Source: an uncultured Candidatus Saccharibacteria bacterium
GTDB lineage: Bacteria > Patescibacteriota > Dojkabacteria > J137
Length of the DNA stretch: 64,000 bases
Reading direction: 5' to 3'
Assembly (NCBI GenBank): GCA_964607415.1
Contig: CAZSKK010000002.1
Coordinates: 73,991 to 137,990 of the forward strand
The translations under genes were made by a program, and so were the position numbers. Positions within the stretch are counted from its first letter, which is position 1, and the number at the start of each line of letters is the position of its first letter. Positions 51,951 through 61,536 of the stretch are shown one piece after another. The notes below the pieces were generated by a model, which worked only from the letters and a program-made list of their open reading frames with translations, was not told the origin of the DNA and did not search any database.

Positions 51951-53711
51951 CTAATGCACGCTAATATAAAACGTCTGGCTGTAAATATAATCTAGTCTTC
52001 CTGTATCGTACGACCATGAATTCCAAATGTTTTTAAACCACCATCCTCCAATTGATCTAGTTTGACCTGTGCTACCAGTTAACCAAACTCTTTTTACCCT
52101 TTGCGACGCGTCTCTTTCAAATCCAACACCTGTAACGTTACCAATAGCACTCTTAAGACTTCCTGCTTCGTTACTTACATTGGGTGCATATGGCCCAGAT
52201 GGGTTTGCTGCGTAATTAAGCATTTCGTCAATATGAGTAAAATTATAGTTACCTGTATTGTAGTGCCAATTTGTCCACTGAGTGTATGCCGCGTAAGCAT
52301 TATCATTAACTGCTCTCAAATATCCGACAGGAGTACCATAACCGGAAAAGTTTTGCCATATTGTATCGTTATCTGCTGTCCCATTTCCTTGATTGTTATC
52401 AGAAGAATATAGCGCATCAATCACTTGCCCTGCGTATGTAATTACTTGCCCTCTTGTTTCATCTGCGGCCCATCTAGTATATTGCCCACCATTGTACACT
52501 TGAGACCTTGCATCACTATACAACCACCCTCTGCTAATACCATACGTTCTGAAGGCAATAACTTGTGCTTTTATAGCCTCTTCCGGCCAACAGTCCCAAG
52601 GAGTTGAAGTATTATCTACTACATACTTATCAGGTCTTGCATCTCTTTGTTCTTGTGTTCCGCAAGCTCTTCCAGGAACTTCGCCTTGACCTGCAACATA
52701 ATTCTCCACATTAATAACCCCATAACCATCAACCGTTACAGAAGCATTTTCATATCCTGTAGCGATCGCAACATTTGTATAATAAAAATTAATAATATTC
52801 TGAGCAGTAAATCCATGGCTTAAGGCCATTCCATAAGCCCCCCATTGGCTCATACCGACTCCATGTCCTTGATATAAATCTCTTCCAACTCCAAAAAAGT
52901 TTAACTGTGTTCCTTCGTTTATGGTTCCGCCATTCCCATTTTCCTGCTCTAAAATCCATTTTTCTCTTTCGTATGCAGATTTTTGTTCATCTAAAAGATT
53001 ATTTATTTGTTTTTGTATGTTCTGCGACTGGTTTTGTAATGTACTTACTTGCCCGTATGTACTTGCAGCAAGTGAGTTTAAATAAGCAACTCTAGCCTCA
53101 AGTTCCTTTTTTTTGTTTTCCAAGTCAGCATTAATCTGTTCTAGTTTTTTAAGCTGTTCTTGATAATCAGAAATTTGCCCATCTAAATCCCGAAGGTCAT
53201 CAATTATTAAGTTGATATCAATATTATCGTCTTTAAGAACAGTAGCATTGTACTGCTCTGTTTTATTAAAATCATATTGAGTTTTAGCAATAGAATTTGC
53301 AATTGGATTATTAGTTCTCCAATCCATGTAAGAATTTCGAAGTGATAGTGATTGTCTTGCCAGTCTTTCTTCTTTTTCTAGCTCCTTAAGTTTTTGCTCA
53401 GAAATAACTATTTCCAGTAACGTTTCGTTATATTTTTTTTCAGCAGTAAGTTTTTCTATTTCAGCCAAGATTGTTGCAAGTTCACCTTGAGCGCCATTTA
53501 GGTCTGTAACTTTTGCGTTAAGATCTTGTTGTGCTTTTTCAAGATCCTGTTTAGTTTTATTTAATGTTGCGTTTTGAGCATCAATCTCTGCTTGAATTTC
53601 TGCAGATGACCGAGCCTGTACAAGAGAAATGAAACTAAAGCTAGAAATAGCCAGGATTAGTATTACAGTTATTATTTCCGTAAGTTTATTTTTTATCATG
53701 TTAAAAAACAA
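51951..53711 (-). CDS. Secreted or membrane-anchored coiled-coil protein with a C-terminal SpoIID/LytB-like domain (peptidoglycan-remodelling)
   Basis: 586 aa. Signal/TM, about 250 aa of coiled coil, then ...GHGVGMSQWGAYGMA..., the SpoIID/LytB signature. Confidence 0.55.
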   Translation of the reverse strand: MFFNMIKNKLTEIITVILILAISSFSFISLVQARSSAEIQAEIDAQNATLNKTKQDLEKAQQDLNAKVTDLNGAQGELATILAEIEKLTAEKKYNETLLEIVISEQKLKELEKEERLARQSLSLRNSYMDWRTNNPIANSIAKTQYDFNKTEQYNATVLKDDNIDINLIIDDLRDLDGQISDYQEQLKKLEQINADLENKKKELEARVAYLNSLAASTYGQVSTLQNQSQNIQKQINNLLDEQKSAYEREKWILEQENGNGGTINEGTQLNFFGVGRDLYQGHGVGMSQWGAYGMALSHGFTAQNIINFYYTNVAIATGYENASVTVDGYGVINVENYVAGQGEVPGRACGTQEQRDARPDKYVVDNTSTPWDCWPEEAIKAQVIAFRTYGISRGWLYSDARSQVYNGGQYTRWAADETRGQVITYAGQVIDALYSSDNNQGNGTADNDTIWQNFSGYGTPVGYLRAVNDNAYAAYTQWTNWHYNTGNYNFTHIDEMLNYAANPSGPYAPNVSNEAGSLKSAIGNVTGVGFERDASQRVKRVWLTGSTGQTRSIGGWWFKNIWNSWSYDTGRLDYIYSQTFYISVH

Positions 53712-53773
53712 GTAATAAAGTTGTAATACATAGTAATGCGATTGTATTTCAATTTATTACCAAGTATTACTTG

Positions 53774-55108
53774 CTATTCTTTTACATAAAACACCTGTCC
53801 CACCACATTATTTTCTTTAAGGAACTCTTTAATTTGCTGTACCAATTGAGTTTGAGTGCCGCCGTTACTAACTACAAAAAGCGGCATAACTTCATTATAA
53901 ACATTACTAGTATTACTGGCAAACCCTGTTGACGAAAAATCAGTAGGTGCTAGGTTTTTAAGCCGCTCTTTTAAAGCTGTATACTCTTCTCTACTCATAG
54001 AATTTAGAGCAGTTGTAATTATTGCCGCATTCATCTTTGCAAGTTCTTTACTTTTATTATCTAACTCTACTCTAAAGTCATTATAAGTTCTATTATGTAA
54101 AATATTTAAAATGCTAGACTGAAGTTTTTGAAGTTCGGTTTCCAGAGCTTTTGCCCAAGCCGATTTTACAAAAACAGCATTTCTCGATTCGTGAATGTCG
54201 GTAGGATTTGGCTCAACTTCTGGCTCTTTGTTATAAAATTGTAAATCAACTGGGGATTCCAATAAATTGAGTAATATTAAGTTTAATATTTGAAGAAACA
54301 AACCAAATAAACCTACTATTATAACCGTTTTAGAAAAAGATCCGAAATAAAGGCTTACTGTTATTAGAAATTGCAAAATAATAAGAATCAATAACCCCTT
54401 TGCTCTGAAGGCAAAATCATCTTCATCTTTACGGACAAGGAAATTTGCAAAAGAATTTGTAAGTTGTAGTTTTTGCTCTCCGAAAAGTCTTTCTGCTTTA
54501 AGCTCACTAATATTTTTTCCCGCAAGATCACGATTTACTTCCTGCTTATAAAATGAAAGGTCATCTTTAATTGCATTTTGAATTATCATGTAATCCTGAA
54601 TTTCAATGCTAAGCTTTTGCATGTTATCTACCTCTTGCTCTTTTTCTTGGGCTTTTATCTCTGTTTTTACTACAAAATCCATTTTCTGCTCGTAGTCCTT
54701 AATTTTTTGAAAGTCGGATTTTAAGCTATTTGTAGATTCTTTGAGTTTAATATTTTTTTGTTCAAGAAGAGTTTTAAAATCCTCAATTGAAACTGCACTC
54801 TCAATGTTTATTATCCTTGAGTTCAGATTTTCTTGTGTAAATTCTTGATTTGTGATTTTTGAAATATATTCAAAAAAATTTTCGAAGGTATGATTTCCAT
54901 CTATATATAAATCCAGCGTGCCTTTTGAATAATCCTTTTTTAATTTGAGCTTTTGTCCTGAAAAGTCAAAATCTATTTCAATAAGTTCTTTAGTAAAATT
55001 TGCAAAACCATAAAGATCAGCAAGTTCTCTAAAAACTTTTTGAGGCAAATTTTTAGAAAGATCTACTGCTGAGTTATCGATTTTGACAGATATTAATGAA
55101 ATACTCAT
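53774..55108 (-). CDS. Hypothetical membrane protein with a central TM hairpin
   Basis: 444 aa. Predicted helical soluble halves flank LLILIILQFLITVSLYFGSF...IIVGLFGLFLQILNLILLNLL. Confidence 0.35.
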   Translation of the reverse strand: MSISLISVKIDNSAVDLSKNLPQKVFRELADLYGFANFTKELIEIDFDFSGQKLKLKKDYSKGTLDLYIDGNHTFENFFEYISKITNQEFTQENLNSRIINIESAVSIEDFKTLLEQKNIKLKESTNSLKSDFQKIKDYEQKMDFVVKTEIKAQEKEQEVDNMQKLSIEIQDYMIIQNAIKDDLSFYKQEVNRDLAGKNISELKAERLFGEQKLQLTNSFANFLVRKDEDDFAFRAKGLLILIILQFLITVSLYFGSFSKTVIIVGLFGLFLQILNLILLNLLESPVDLQFYNKEPEVEPNPTDIHESRNAVFVKSAWAKALETELQKLQSSILNILHNRTYNDFRVELDNKSKELAKMNAAIITTALNSMSREEYTALKERLKNLAPTDFSSTGFASNTSNVYNEVMPLFVVSNGGTQTQLVQQIKEFLKENNVVGQVFYVKE

Positions 55109-55191
55109 TAATATATACTAGCAGAAATAAACTTCAAAATAAAAAACTTGAGAAGCAAGTTTTAATAAAACCCATCCCCAAAAAAGCTAGA

Positions 55192-55932
55192 TTAATACCT
55201 AATCCAAACACCCCCACTACATTCATATGTATCAAAAGCAGGCACTGCACCGCCTCCAACTTGATTGCATGTATGTGTCTGCCCTTCTGGAGCACATGCG
55301 TATCCTGAAGCATCGGGTTGAGAAAAATTACATGGATCTCCAACCATCAAGCCCTTAGGATCTGTACAAAGTTCAGGGAAGAAAAATTGAAATCTTGGTA
55401 AAGTGTCGAATTGGTAACACTTAACATCTCCATTTAACCCCAAAACTCTAAAAAAGGTAGTCAAAATAGGGATAGCTGTAAATACTAGAATAAAGCCTAA
55501 AACATAATTTATTATTCTTTGCCTTATTGCAGTAATTTTTGTTACATCACCTCGAGTAATTGTATATTGATAACCAAGATAGACTAACATTAAAAATGAG
55601 AATGATCCCACCAAACCCCATACGATATATACTACCCTTACAAACCAAACTTCTGCCTGTTGTAGTTTAGGAGGTCTTAAAAGTGCTTTCTCTGTAGATA
55701 TTATTGCGCCTGATCCATCTTTATACAAACATTGGCAAAGTTGTTTTGAAGAATCATATATTAATTGCGACGAACCGCCGCTCACGTCTCTACATTGATA
55801 ACTACTGCAACTTGAGCTATTAGCTGAAAAATCAAAATCCTGAAACTGTGCAGAAGCATTTCTTATAAGTGAAAGAAATGAGAAAGATGCTACAAATACG
55901 AATAATGTAGCTATAAATGCCCTGCTACCCAT
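55192..55932 (-). CDS. Signal-peptide, Cys-rich membrane protein
   Basis: 246 aa. Signal peptide, Cys-containing mature N-terminal region, two TM helices, Cys-rich C-terminal tail. Confidence 0.4.
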   Translation of the reverse strand: MGSRAFIATLFVFVASFSFLSLIRNASAQFQDFDFSANSSSCSSYQCRDVSGGSSQLIYDSSKQLCQCLYKDGSGAIISTEKALLRPPKLQQAEVWFVRVVYIVWGLVGSFSFLMLVYLGYQYTITRGDVTKITAIRQRIINYVLGFILVFTAIPILTTFFRVLGLNGDVKCYQFDTLPRFQFFFPELCTDPKGLMVGDPCNFSQPDASGYACAPEGQTHTCNQVGGGAVPAFDTYECSGGVWIRY

Positions 55933-55944
55933 AATGTTTTTGAA

Positions 55945-56418
55945 TTAAATTGGTAAATCAATTCCAAAACCATCATCAGGTCTATCAACTTCATCTTGGC
56001 TCAAGCCACCTGTAGCATTGAAGAACGCAATTACAACCACAATCCCTATAATTCCTATAAATAATGCTGCAATTCCAATAAATACACTCTTTATTGCTTT
56101 TTGTGCTTCTTGAATTTTATCAGCATCTCCTTCACTTCTAATATACTTAACAGCAGCCTTAATGATAATGTAAATTGAAACAACAATAATTCCAACAAAT
56201 ACTAGTGATAGCCCGAATTGGACAAGTCCTGCAGTTGTATCCACTGCGTCTTGGGCACCTGTTGTTTCACCAGTACATAAAGAATCGCTTAAAAAAGATA
56301 CATTCTTTAAAAATGGGAATATATCGTCACAGATTACGTTTTGTGCATGTACATTTGGTGTATAAATAGAGAAAAATGAAACTACTAATAAAAGAACACT
56401 TAAAACTTTTCTTTTCAT
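55945..56418 (-). CDS. VirB2/TrbC-like pilin paralogue 1
   Basis: 157 aa. Signal peptide, Cys-containing N-domain, TM, charged loop KAAVKYIRSEGDADKIQEAQKAIKSV, TM. Confidence 0.5.
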   Translation of the reverse strand: MKRKVLSVLLLVVSFFSIYTPNVHAQNVICDDIFPFLKNVSFLSDSLCTGETTGAQDAVDTTAGLVQFGLSLVFVGIIVVSIYIIIKAAVKYIRSEGDADKIQEAQKAIKSVFIGIAALFIGIIGIVVVIAFFNATGGLSQDEVDRPDDGFGIDLPI

Positions 56419-56470
56419 TTTTTTTGTTTGATTTAAAAGATAAGTAACGAATTAAGTATAATTTACAATA

Positions 56471-56995
56471 TTAATCTACAAATGGCAAGTTTGAGCCAGG
56501 GTCTGGGGATTCCAAATCAGGCGAAAATATTCCAGAACCACTAAATAACCCAACCACTACTATCAAACCTATTAATCCTATAAATATAACAGCGATCCCT
56601 ATCATTACTGCTTTTATTCCAGCAAATCCTTCCTGAACCTTTTCTGCATTTGATTCAGCTCTGATTATTGTAAGGCTGGCCTTGATAACTAAAAAGATTC
56701 CATAAATAATTATTAAAACAAAAATTATACTTAGCCCAAAACTTACATATTCTTCTATAGTATTATTTACAGCATCTTCGGAGGACCCTTGATCTGGATT
56801 TAATGGACCAGGACAAGGAAATATATCGCAGAAGGTAAAGCTGTCTGCACTTGAAGCCTGGACGGTGTTTCTGCCTAGAAATGGAGATATTGTAAACACA
56901 GTAAATGCAAATAGCCCTAAGGACATAGCGTATAGCGTATAGCGTATAGCTTGTTGTCTTTTCATTTTCCATTTTTCATTTTTCATTTCTTTCAT
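56471..56995 (-). CDS. VirB2/TrbC-like pilin paralogue 2, with 5' heptanucleotide repeats
   Basis: 174 aa. Same topology, loop ...KASLTIIRAESNAEKVQEGFAGIKAV... The 5' end contains (ATGAAAA)n-like and (CGCTATA)x3 repeats. Confidence 0.5.
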   Translation of the reverse strand: MKEMKNEKWKMKRQQAIRYTLYAMSLGLFAFTVFTISPFLGRNTVQASSADSFTFCDIFPCPGPLNPDQGSSEDAVNNTIEEYVSFGLSIIFVLIIIYGIFLVIKASLTIIRAESNAEKVQEGFAGIKAVMIGIAVIFIGLIGLIVVVGLFSGSGIFSPDLESPDPGSNLPFVD

Positions 56996-57086
56996 ATTAA
57001 TTGCTTATGGGTTAGAGATTTACGTGTTTGCGCTATGCTGAAAGAACTTTTGAACTCATTAACTCGCTAACACAAAAACACACAAA

Positions 57087-57668
57087 CTATTGTATAAAAC
57101 ATACACTATCCGCTTCTTCTTTTGAGTCAAGCAACCCAAATGCCTGATAATAGTATTGTACTTCTTTACCATCAATAGTAGTATTGCATTCTCTAAAAGC
57201 TAAAGGCCAATTCCACACTGCTCCAAGTCCCAAGAAAGCACCAACGACTACAATAATTATTGGGAAAACGAAGGTAAGTGCTGCACCTTCTAGAACCGCT
57301 CTAACTTTTTTTACTGCCTCTTGCAACCCTTCTTGGTTTGACGCATTTTTCATGGCTTTTATTCCTGTCATTACAATTTTTATAATCCAAAATATCACAA
57401 TCGCTAATAAAACTACGTTAAAGCCAAAAGATATATATGACATTGTTGTGCTGTATTTAGTATCAAGTGCAAGCTGGGGGAAAAATGGAACTTTTATTTG
57501 CTCCAATCCTACGTTGTCATCAATATTAAAATCTTCATTAAAGTCTACGGATTGCCCCACAACATTTGTAGACAGAAACGTAAAGCTCAAGATTAGGCAT
57601 ATACCGACTAGCGAATAGCTTATAGCGTATAGCGTATTATTGTTTTGCTTGTTCAATTTGAATCCCAT
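57087..57668 (-). CDS. VirB2/TrbC-like pilin paralogue 3, with 5' heptanucleotide repeats
   Basis: 193 aa. Same topology, loop ...MTGIKAMKNASNQEGLQEAVKKVRAV.... The N-terminus is encoded by ACGCTAT-ACGCTAT-AAGCTAT-TCGCTAG heptads. Confidence 0.5.
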   Translation of the reverse strand: MGFKLNKQNNNTLYAISYSLVGICLILSFTFLSTNVVGQSVDFNEDFNIDDNVGLEQIKVPFFPQLALDTKYSTTMSYISFGFNVVLLAIVIFWIIKIVMTGIKAMKNASNQEGLQEAVKKVRAVLEGAALTFVFPIIIVVVGAFLGLGAVWNWPLAFRECNTTIDGKEVQYYYQAFGLLDSKEEADSVCFIQ

Positions 57669-57744
57669 TTATTTAGATTAATACTCGTTTAAAGTTATAA
57701 GGTTAGAATGTTTTAACGTTGAAACATTACAACATTTTAACCAG

Positions 57745-58383
57745 TTACGTTATAGTTATTACTGTTCCTGGATCTGGATCACCCAGAATTATTAACTGAT
57801 TTAAACTACCCAACCCTAGTGCGCTGAATACCAATTGTACTATTATAATCACCATCCATAAAAGTATAAACCCAGGAATTATCGCCTTCAAAATTTCATT
57901 ATATATAGCTTGTATTTCTTCTGGATTTTCAGTATTCGCTCTTTTTACTGCTCCAAGATAAACTCCTCTGCCTAATGCATATAGCGAACCTGCGCCTAAA
58001 GTTGTAGTAATCAAGACATTAATTAATGCTACAAGCTTTCTATTTGATTTGACATAAAATCTAGTACCAAAAGCGTCAACTTCGTCAAAAACTTCAGGCT
58101 CTGTAATACTGCTTGATGAGCCTCTGCACTTATTATTACAACAAATGGTTGTAGGATTTAATATCTTTGCATTTACGCACTGGAAATCTGGTTCGTAACA
58201 GTCCGTATCCTCGCTATTTTCACACGCCCTTGGACATGAAACAGGTGTACCAAGTGGAGGTAGACAATCAGAAGTACCTTTAACCTTCTGACTTTCTGGT
58301 ACTGTTAACGCTACTAAAAATATGAAAACAGCAGAAAATAATATAATAAAAAATTTTAGTCGATTTAGTTGAGACATAGTCAA
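57745..58383 (-). CDS. VirB2/TrbC-like pilin paralogue 4, Cys-rich N-domain
   Basis: 212 aa. Signal peptide, Cys-rich domain with about 11 Cys, TM, loop ...LGAVKRANTENPEEIQAIYNEILKAI..., TM. Confidence 0.45.
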   Translation of the reverse strand: MTMSQLNRLKFFIILFSAVFIFLVALTVPESQKVKGTSDCLPPLGTPVSCPRACENSEDTDCYEPDFQCVNAKILNPTTICCNNKCRGSSSSITEPEVFDEVDAFGTRFYVKSNRKLVALINVLITTTLGAGSLYALGRGVYLGAVKRANTENPEEIQAIYNEILKAIIPGFILLWMVIIIVQLVFSALGLGSLNQLIILGDPDPGTVITIT

Positions 58384-58412
58384 TAATTAAGAATAGGAAT
58401 CAAACAAGGCTT

Positions 58413-58892
58413 CTAAATTGTAAAAAGTTGATCTGTTCCCAACAATCCAGCAACTGCGTTTACAATTGTTGGTGCTAAAACTGCTATAGCAAATCCTGTT
58501 GCCGCTGCAATTATAATCTTTGTACTGCTTGCAATTTTCTCTGCATCTGTTTTGGCAGTTAATCTAACCCACCCTCCATATAAAACCATTGCTCCAAATG
58601 TTAAGATAAAAATAGGTCTGATTAAAGAAGTGGCTACATTGATTAGTTCTTCTAGACTATCGTATTTTGAAGGATTTGGAATTGTGTAATCAAACTCCTG
58701 AGCAGAAACTCCAAAGAGTTTTCCTGCAAAAGCAAGTACAAAAAGAAATGATGTAATTGTTAAGAACAGCTGTTTTGATTTTTTCATGCATACTTGTGTC
58801 ATCCCGAGGGAAATCGAGGGATGAATTATATAAACGTATGTCATGGTTCGATTTCCCTCACCATGACAACTGACCTTAATATACTTTCGCAT
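58413..58892 (-). CDS. VirB2/TrbC-like pilin paralogue 5; the true start is likely the internal MKKSKQLF...
   Basis: 159 aa. Signal peptide, short N-domain, TM, loop ...VRLTAKTDAEKIASSTKIIIAA..., TM. The annotated N-terminal 36 aa overlap the upstream clp-like gene and a hairpin region. Confidence 0.45.
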   Translation of the reverse strand: MRKYIKVSCHGEGNRTMTYVYIIHPSISLGMTQVCMKKSKQLFLTITSFLFVLAFAGKLFGVSAQEFDYTIPNPSKYDSLEELINVATSLIRPIFILTFGAMVLYGGWVRLTAKTDAEKIASSTKIIIAAATGFAIAVLAPTIVNAVAGLLGTDQLFTI

Positions 58893-61461
58893 CTAACCCA
58901 TCAAATTCAACACCTTTTCCACTAACCAATTCGCGACTAATAATCAAATCTGCTAGTTTGTCTTCAATTGTGTCTTGCACTATTCTTCTTAGTTCTCTTG
59001 CACCGTAAACAATGTTATACCCAAGTTTAGTTAATTCATTAAGTGTTTCCTGATTCCACTTTAGGTCCATTCCTTTGTCGTTCAATCTTTTGTCTATATC
59101 ATTTAACATTATTTCGCAAATTTGTTCAACTTCTGATTTATTTAGTGGCTTAAACATTACGATTTTATCAAATCTATTTAAAAACTCGATTCTATAAATT
59201 TTTCTAAGTTCTGGTAAAGTTTGGGTTTGTATATCTTCGTATTTAATATTTTTTGCTGTCAATTCTGCAATTTCTTTCGATGCGGCATTACTCGTTGCAA
59301 TAATAATTGTATTAGAGAAATCAATAACTCTACCAGCCCCATCAGTAATCCTTCCATCGTCCAATATCTGAAGAAATAAATCAAGAACTTTTGGATTTGC
59401 TTTTTCTAATTCGTCAAGAAGGATTAAACTGAATGGTCTTGATTTAACAGCTTCTGTTAGAAGCCCGCCCAAATAGTTTCCGTTAGAATCTGAATATCCG
59501 ATCAATCTATTCAAATTCTTATCCTCGTGAAATTCTGACATATCAAGCCTAATCATCAACTTCTCGTCACCATAATAAAGCCCCGCCAGTGTCTTTGCTA
59601 CTTCCGTTTTCCCTACTCCTGTAGGGCCATAGAACAAAAAAGAAGCCACAGGCCTTCTGCCACTTGCTAAACCTGACCTTGATCTTCTTAAAGCACTTGC
59701 TACCGATCTTATTGCCTGATCTTGTCCTATTACTCTTTTATGCATTTCTTGTTCGAGGCTTTGAAGTAGTTTCGATTCTTCATCAGAAATACTCCCAACA
59801 TTTACACCTGTTTTTTTCTTTAATAATTCATCTACAGTATTTTCATCAACAAATTTTAAGCCTAAATTTTTTGCTGTTATAAAAGATTCTTCCAAAAGTG
59901 CTATCCCCTTGTCTGGCATTGATCTTTCGTATTCAAATTTTGGGGCAAATTCTACAATTCTTTTTATTGCTTTAAATCTTATTGGTATTTGATATTTTGA
60001 CTCAAGTGGTTTTACTTCATCCAAAAGTATTTGCAATGAAAGATTACTTGCAGGTTCGTTCAAAAATACTGTTGAAAATAAACTTGCCAGATTTTTAAGT
60101 GGCTTAACACCCTGGTTGTAATACTCGTTTGTGGTTGTAGCAATCACTTTAATATTGCTTTGACTAATCATATTTACAATCAAATTAATTACTTCCAATC
60201 GACCTTCAGTTCTAATTGTTAAAACTTGAGAGAAATCCTCTAAAACCAAAACAATATTTCCAGATGAAACTATTTCTTCCAGAATTTTTTGTAAGTTCAT
60301 CTTAAAATTATCGATTGAAGAAGATTTTGTAAAAACTTTATTTAGATCAATAACAACCATTCTGTAATCTTTTAAAGAATCAGGAACATCTTCAACAACC
60401 ATTTTTGTTGCTATGCTTCGCAGAAAATGAGTTTTTCCAACTCCCGGCTCTCCAATTAAAAGGCATGCCGCACCATTTTTTCGCTCTAAAATTCTGAATA
60501 AATCTGTAGTTTCAGATTCTCTGCCAATCATTACTTCAAAGTTATTAGTAGCCGCCTGAGTTGTAAAGTCAGATCCAAATGTATCCAAAGTTGGAGTAGC
60601 TTTAGAAGTGTATGCCCTGTTAATTGCACCCTTTGGTTTTAATTTAGATAAACGTTGCCAGATTGTAAAGTACTGAGATTTTGTTCTTTCATTCTTAATC
60701 CACATCCTTAAGCCTTGAATTTCAAGCTCGCCAATATCTAAATCTTTTAAAGGTTGATTCCAGTAAAATCTTGCCAATGTTGTTAATAAAACCACTTCAT
60801 CGATTTTATTAGCCTCAAGAGTTAAAGCTTCATTAAATACGCGTAAAAATAGATCCTTAAAATTTGTATCAAAGCTTGTATCTTTTGTTTTAAAGTATTC
60901 AATAATTCTTTGTCTAATGATTGATTGCTCTGCACCTAGTCTACTTAGAACAATCTTGGAAATTTCAGGATTTTGTAAAATATTGTCGGATAATGCAAGA
61001 AGAAATTGCGAATCGTATTTAAAATAGATTTTATCTATCAAATTAAAAACCGAATCTGAAAGATAATTATCTATTTCTACATTGTGTAATTTGCCATCCG
61101 CCTTTATTTTCTTTTTAACGTGAGTAAGCTCCAAATCTTCCCAGTTTTCGCCAAATTGATTTTTATTTCGATTTAGAAATAAAGAATAAAGAATGAAAAA
61201 TATTGAAAAATAAGGAATCAAAAACAGAGTTTTGGTCGGGGAAAAAACTTCTTTCACTTCAAAACTTCCGTTTAGGATTATAAGCAAATATGGAATTATT
61301 AATATAAATAGCCCTAAAAACAGAACGAATTTTGCAGCATTTTTTTCAATTGCGTCTTTGGATTCATGTTCACCATGGAACCTAAATAAATCATCAAAAT
61401 CTATAACCAGATTTAGATTTGAAAGGGTTCCTATTTGTGTTTTGCCTTTATAGATTTTCAT
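58876..61461 (-). CDS. Membrane-anchored double-AAA+ ATPase of the Clp/Hsp100 (ClpA/ClpB-like) family
   Basis: 861 aa. N-terminal TM helices, D1 Walker A LLIGEPGVGKTHF, D2 Walker A FYGPTGVGKTEVAKTLAG, ...LILLDELEKANPKVLDLFLQILDDGRITD... and sensor-2 ...GARELRR... motifs. No Clp_N domain. Confidence 0.7.
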   Translation of the reverse strand: MKIYKGKTQIGTLSNLNLVIDFDDLFRFHGEHESKDAIEKNAAKFVLFLGLFILIIPYLLIILNGSFEVKEVFSPTKTLFLIPYFSIFFILYSLFLNRNKNQFGENWEDLELTHVKKKIKADGKLHNVEIDNYLSDSVFNLIDKIYFKYDSQFLLALSDNILQNPEISKIVLSRLGAEQSIIRQRIIEYFKTKDTSFDTNFKDLFLRVFNEALTLEANKIDEVVLLTTLARFYWNQPLKDLDIGELEIQGLRMWIKNERTKSQYFTIWQRLSKLKPKGAINRAYTSKATPTLDTFGSDFTTQAATNNFEVMIGRESETTDLFRILERKNGAACLLIGEPGVGKTHFLRSIATKMVVEDVPDSLKDYRMVVIDLNKVFTKSSSIDNFKMNLQKILEEIVSSGNIVLVLEDFSQVLTIRTEGRLEVINLIVNMISQSNIKVIATTTNEYYNQGVKPLKNLASLFSTVFLNEPASNLSLQILLDEVKPLESKYQIPIRFKAIKRIVEFAPKFEYERSMPDKGIALLEESFITAKNLGLKFVDENTVDELLKKKTGVNVGSISDEESKLLQSLEQEMHKRVIGQDQAIRSVASALRRSRSGLASGRRPVASFLFYGPTGVGKTEVAKTLAGLYYGDEKLMIRLDMSEFHEDKNLNRLIGYSDSNGNYLGGLLTEAVKSRPFSLILLDELEKANPKVLDLFLQILDDGRITDGAGRVIDFSNTIIIATSNAASKEIAELTAKNIKYEDIQTQTLPELRKIYRIEFLNRFDKIVMFKPLNKSEVEQICEIMLNDIDKRLNDKGMDLKWNQETLNELTKLGYNIVYGARELRRIVQDTIEDKLADLIISRELVSGKGVEFDGLDAKVY

Positions 61462-61536
61462 AAAGTTCGAATAACCCCATTCTTCTTATTCTCGAATACA
61501 CAATGTGTATTCTCGCCCTTTAATTAAAGGTAGGGG

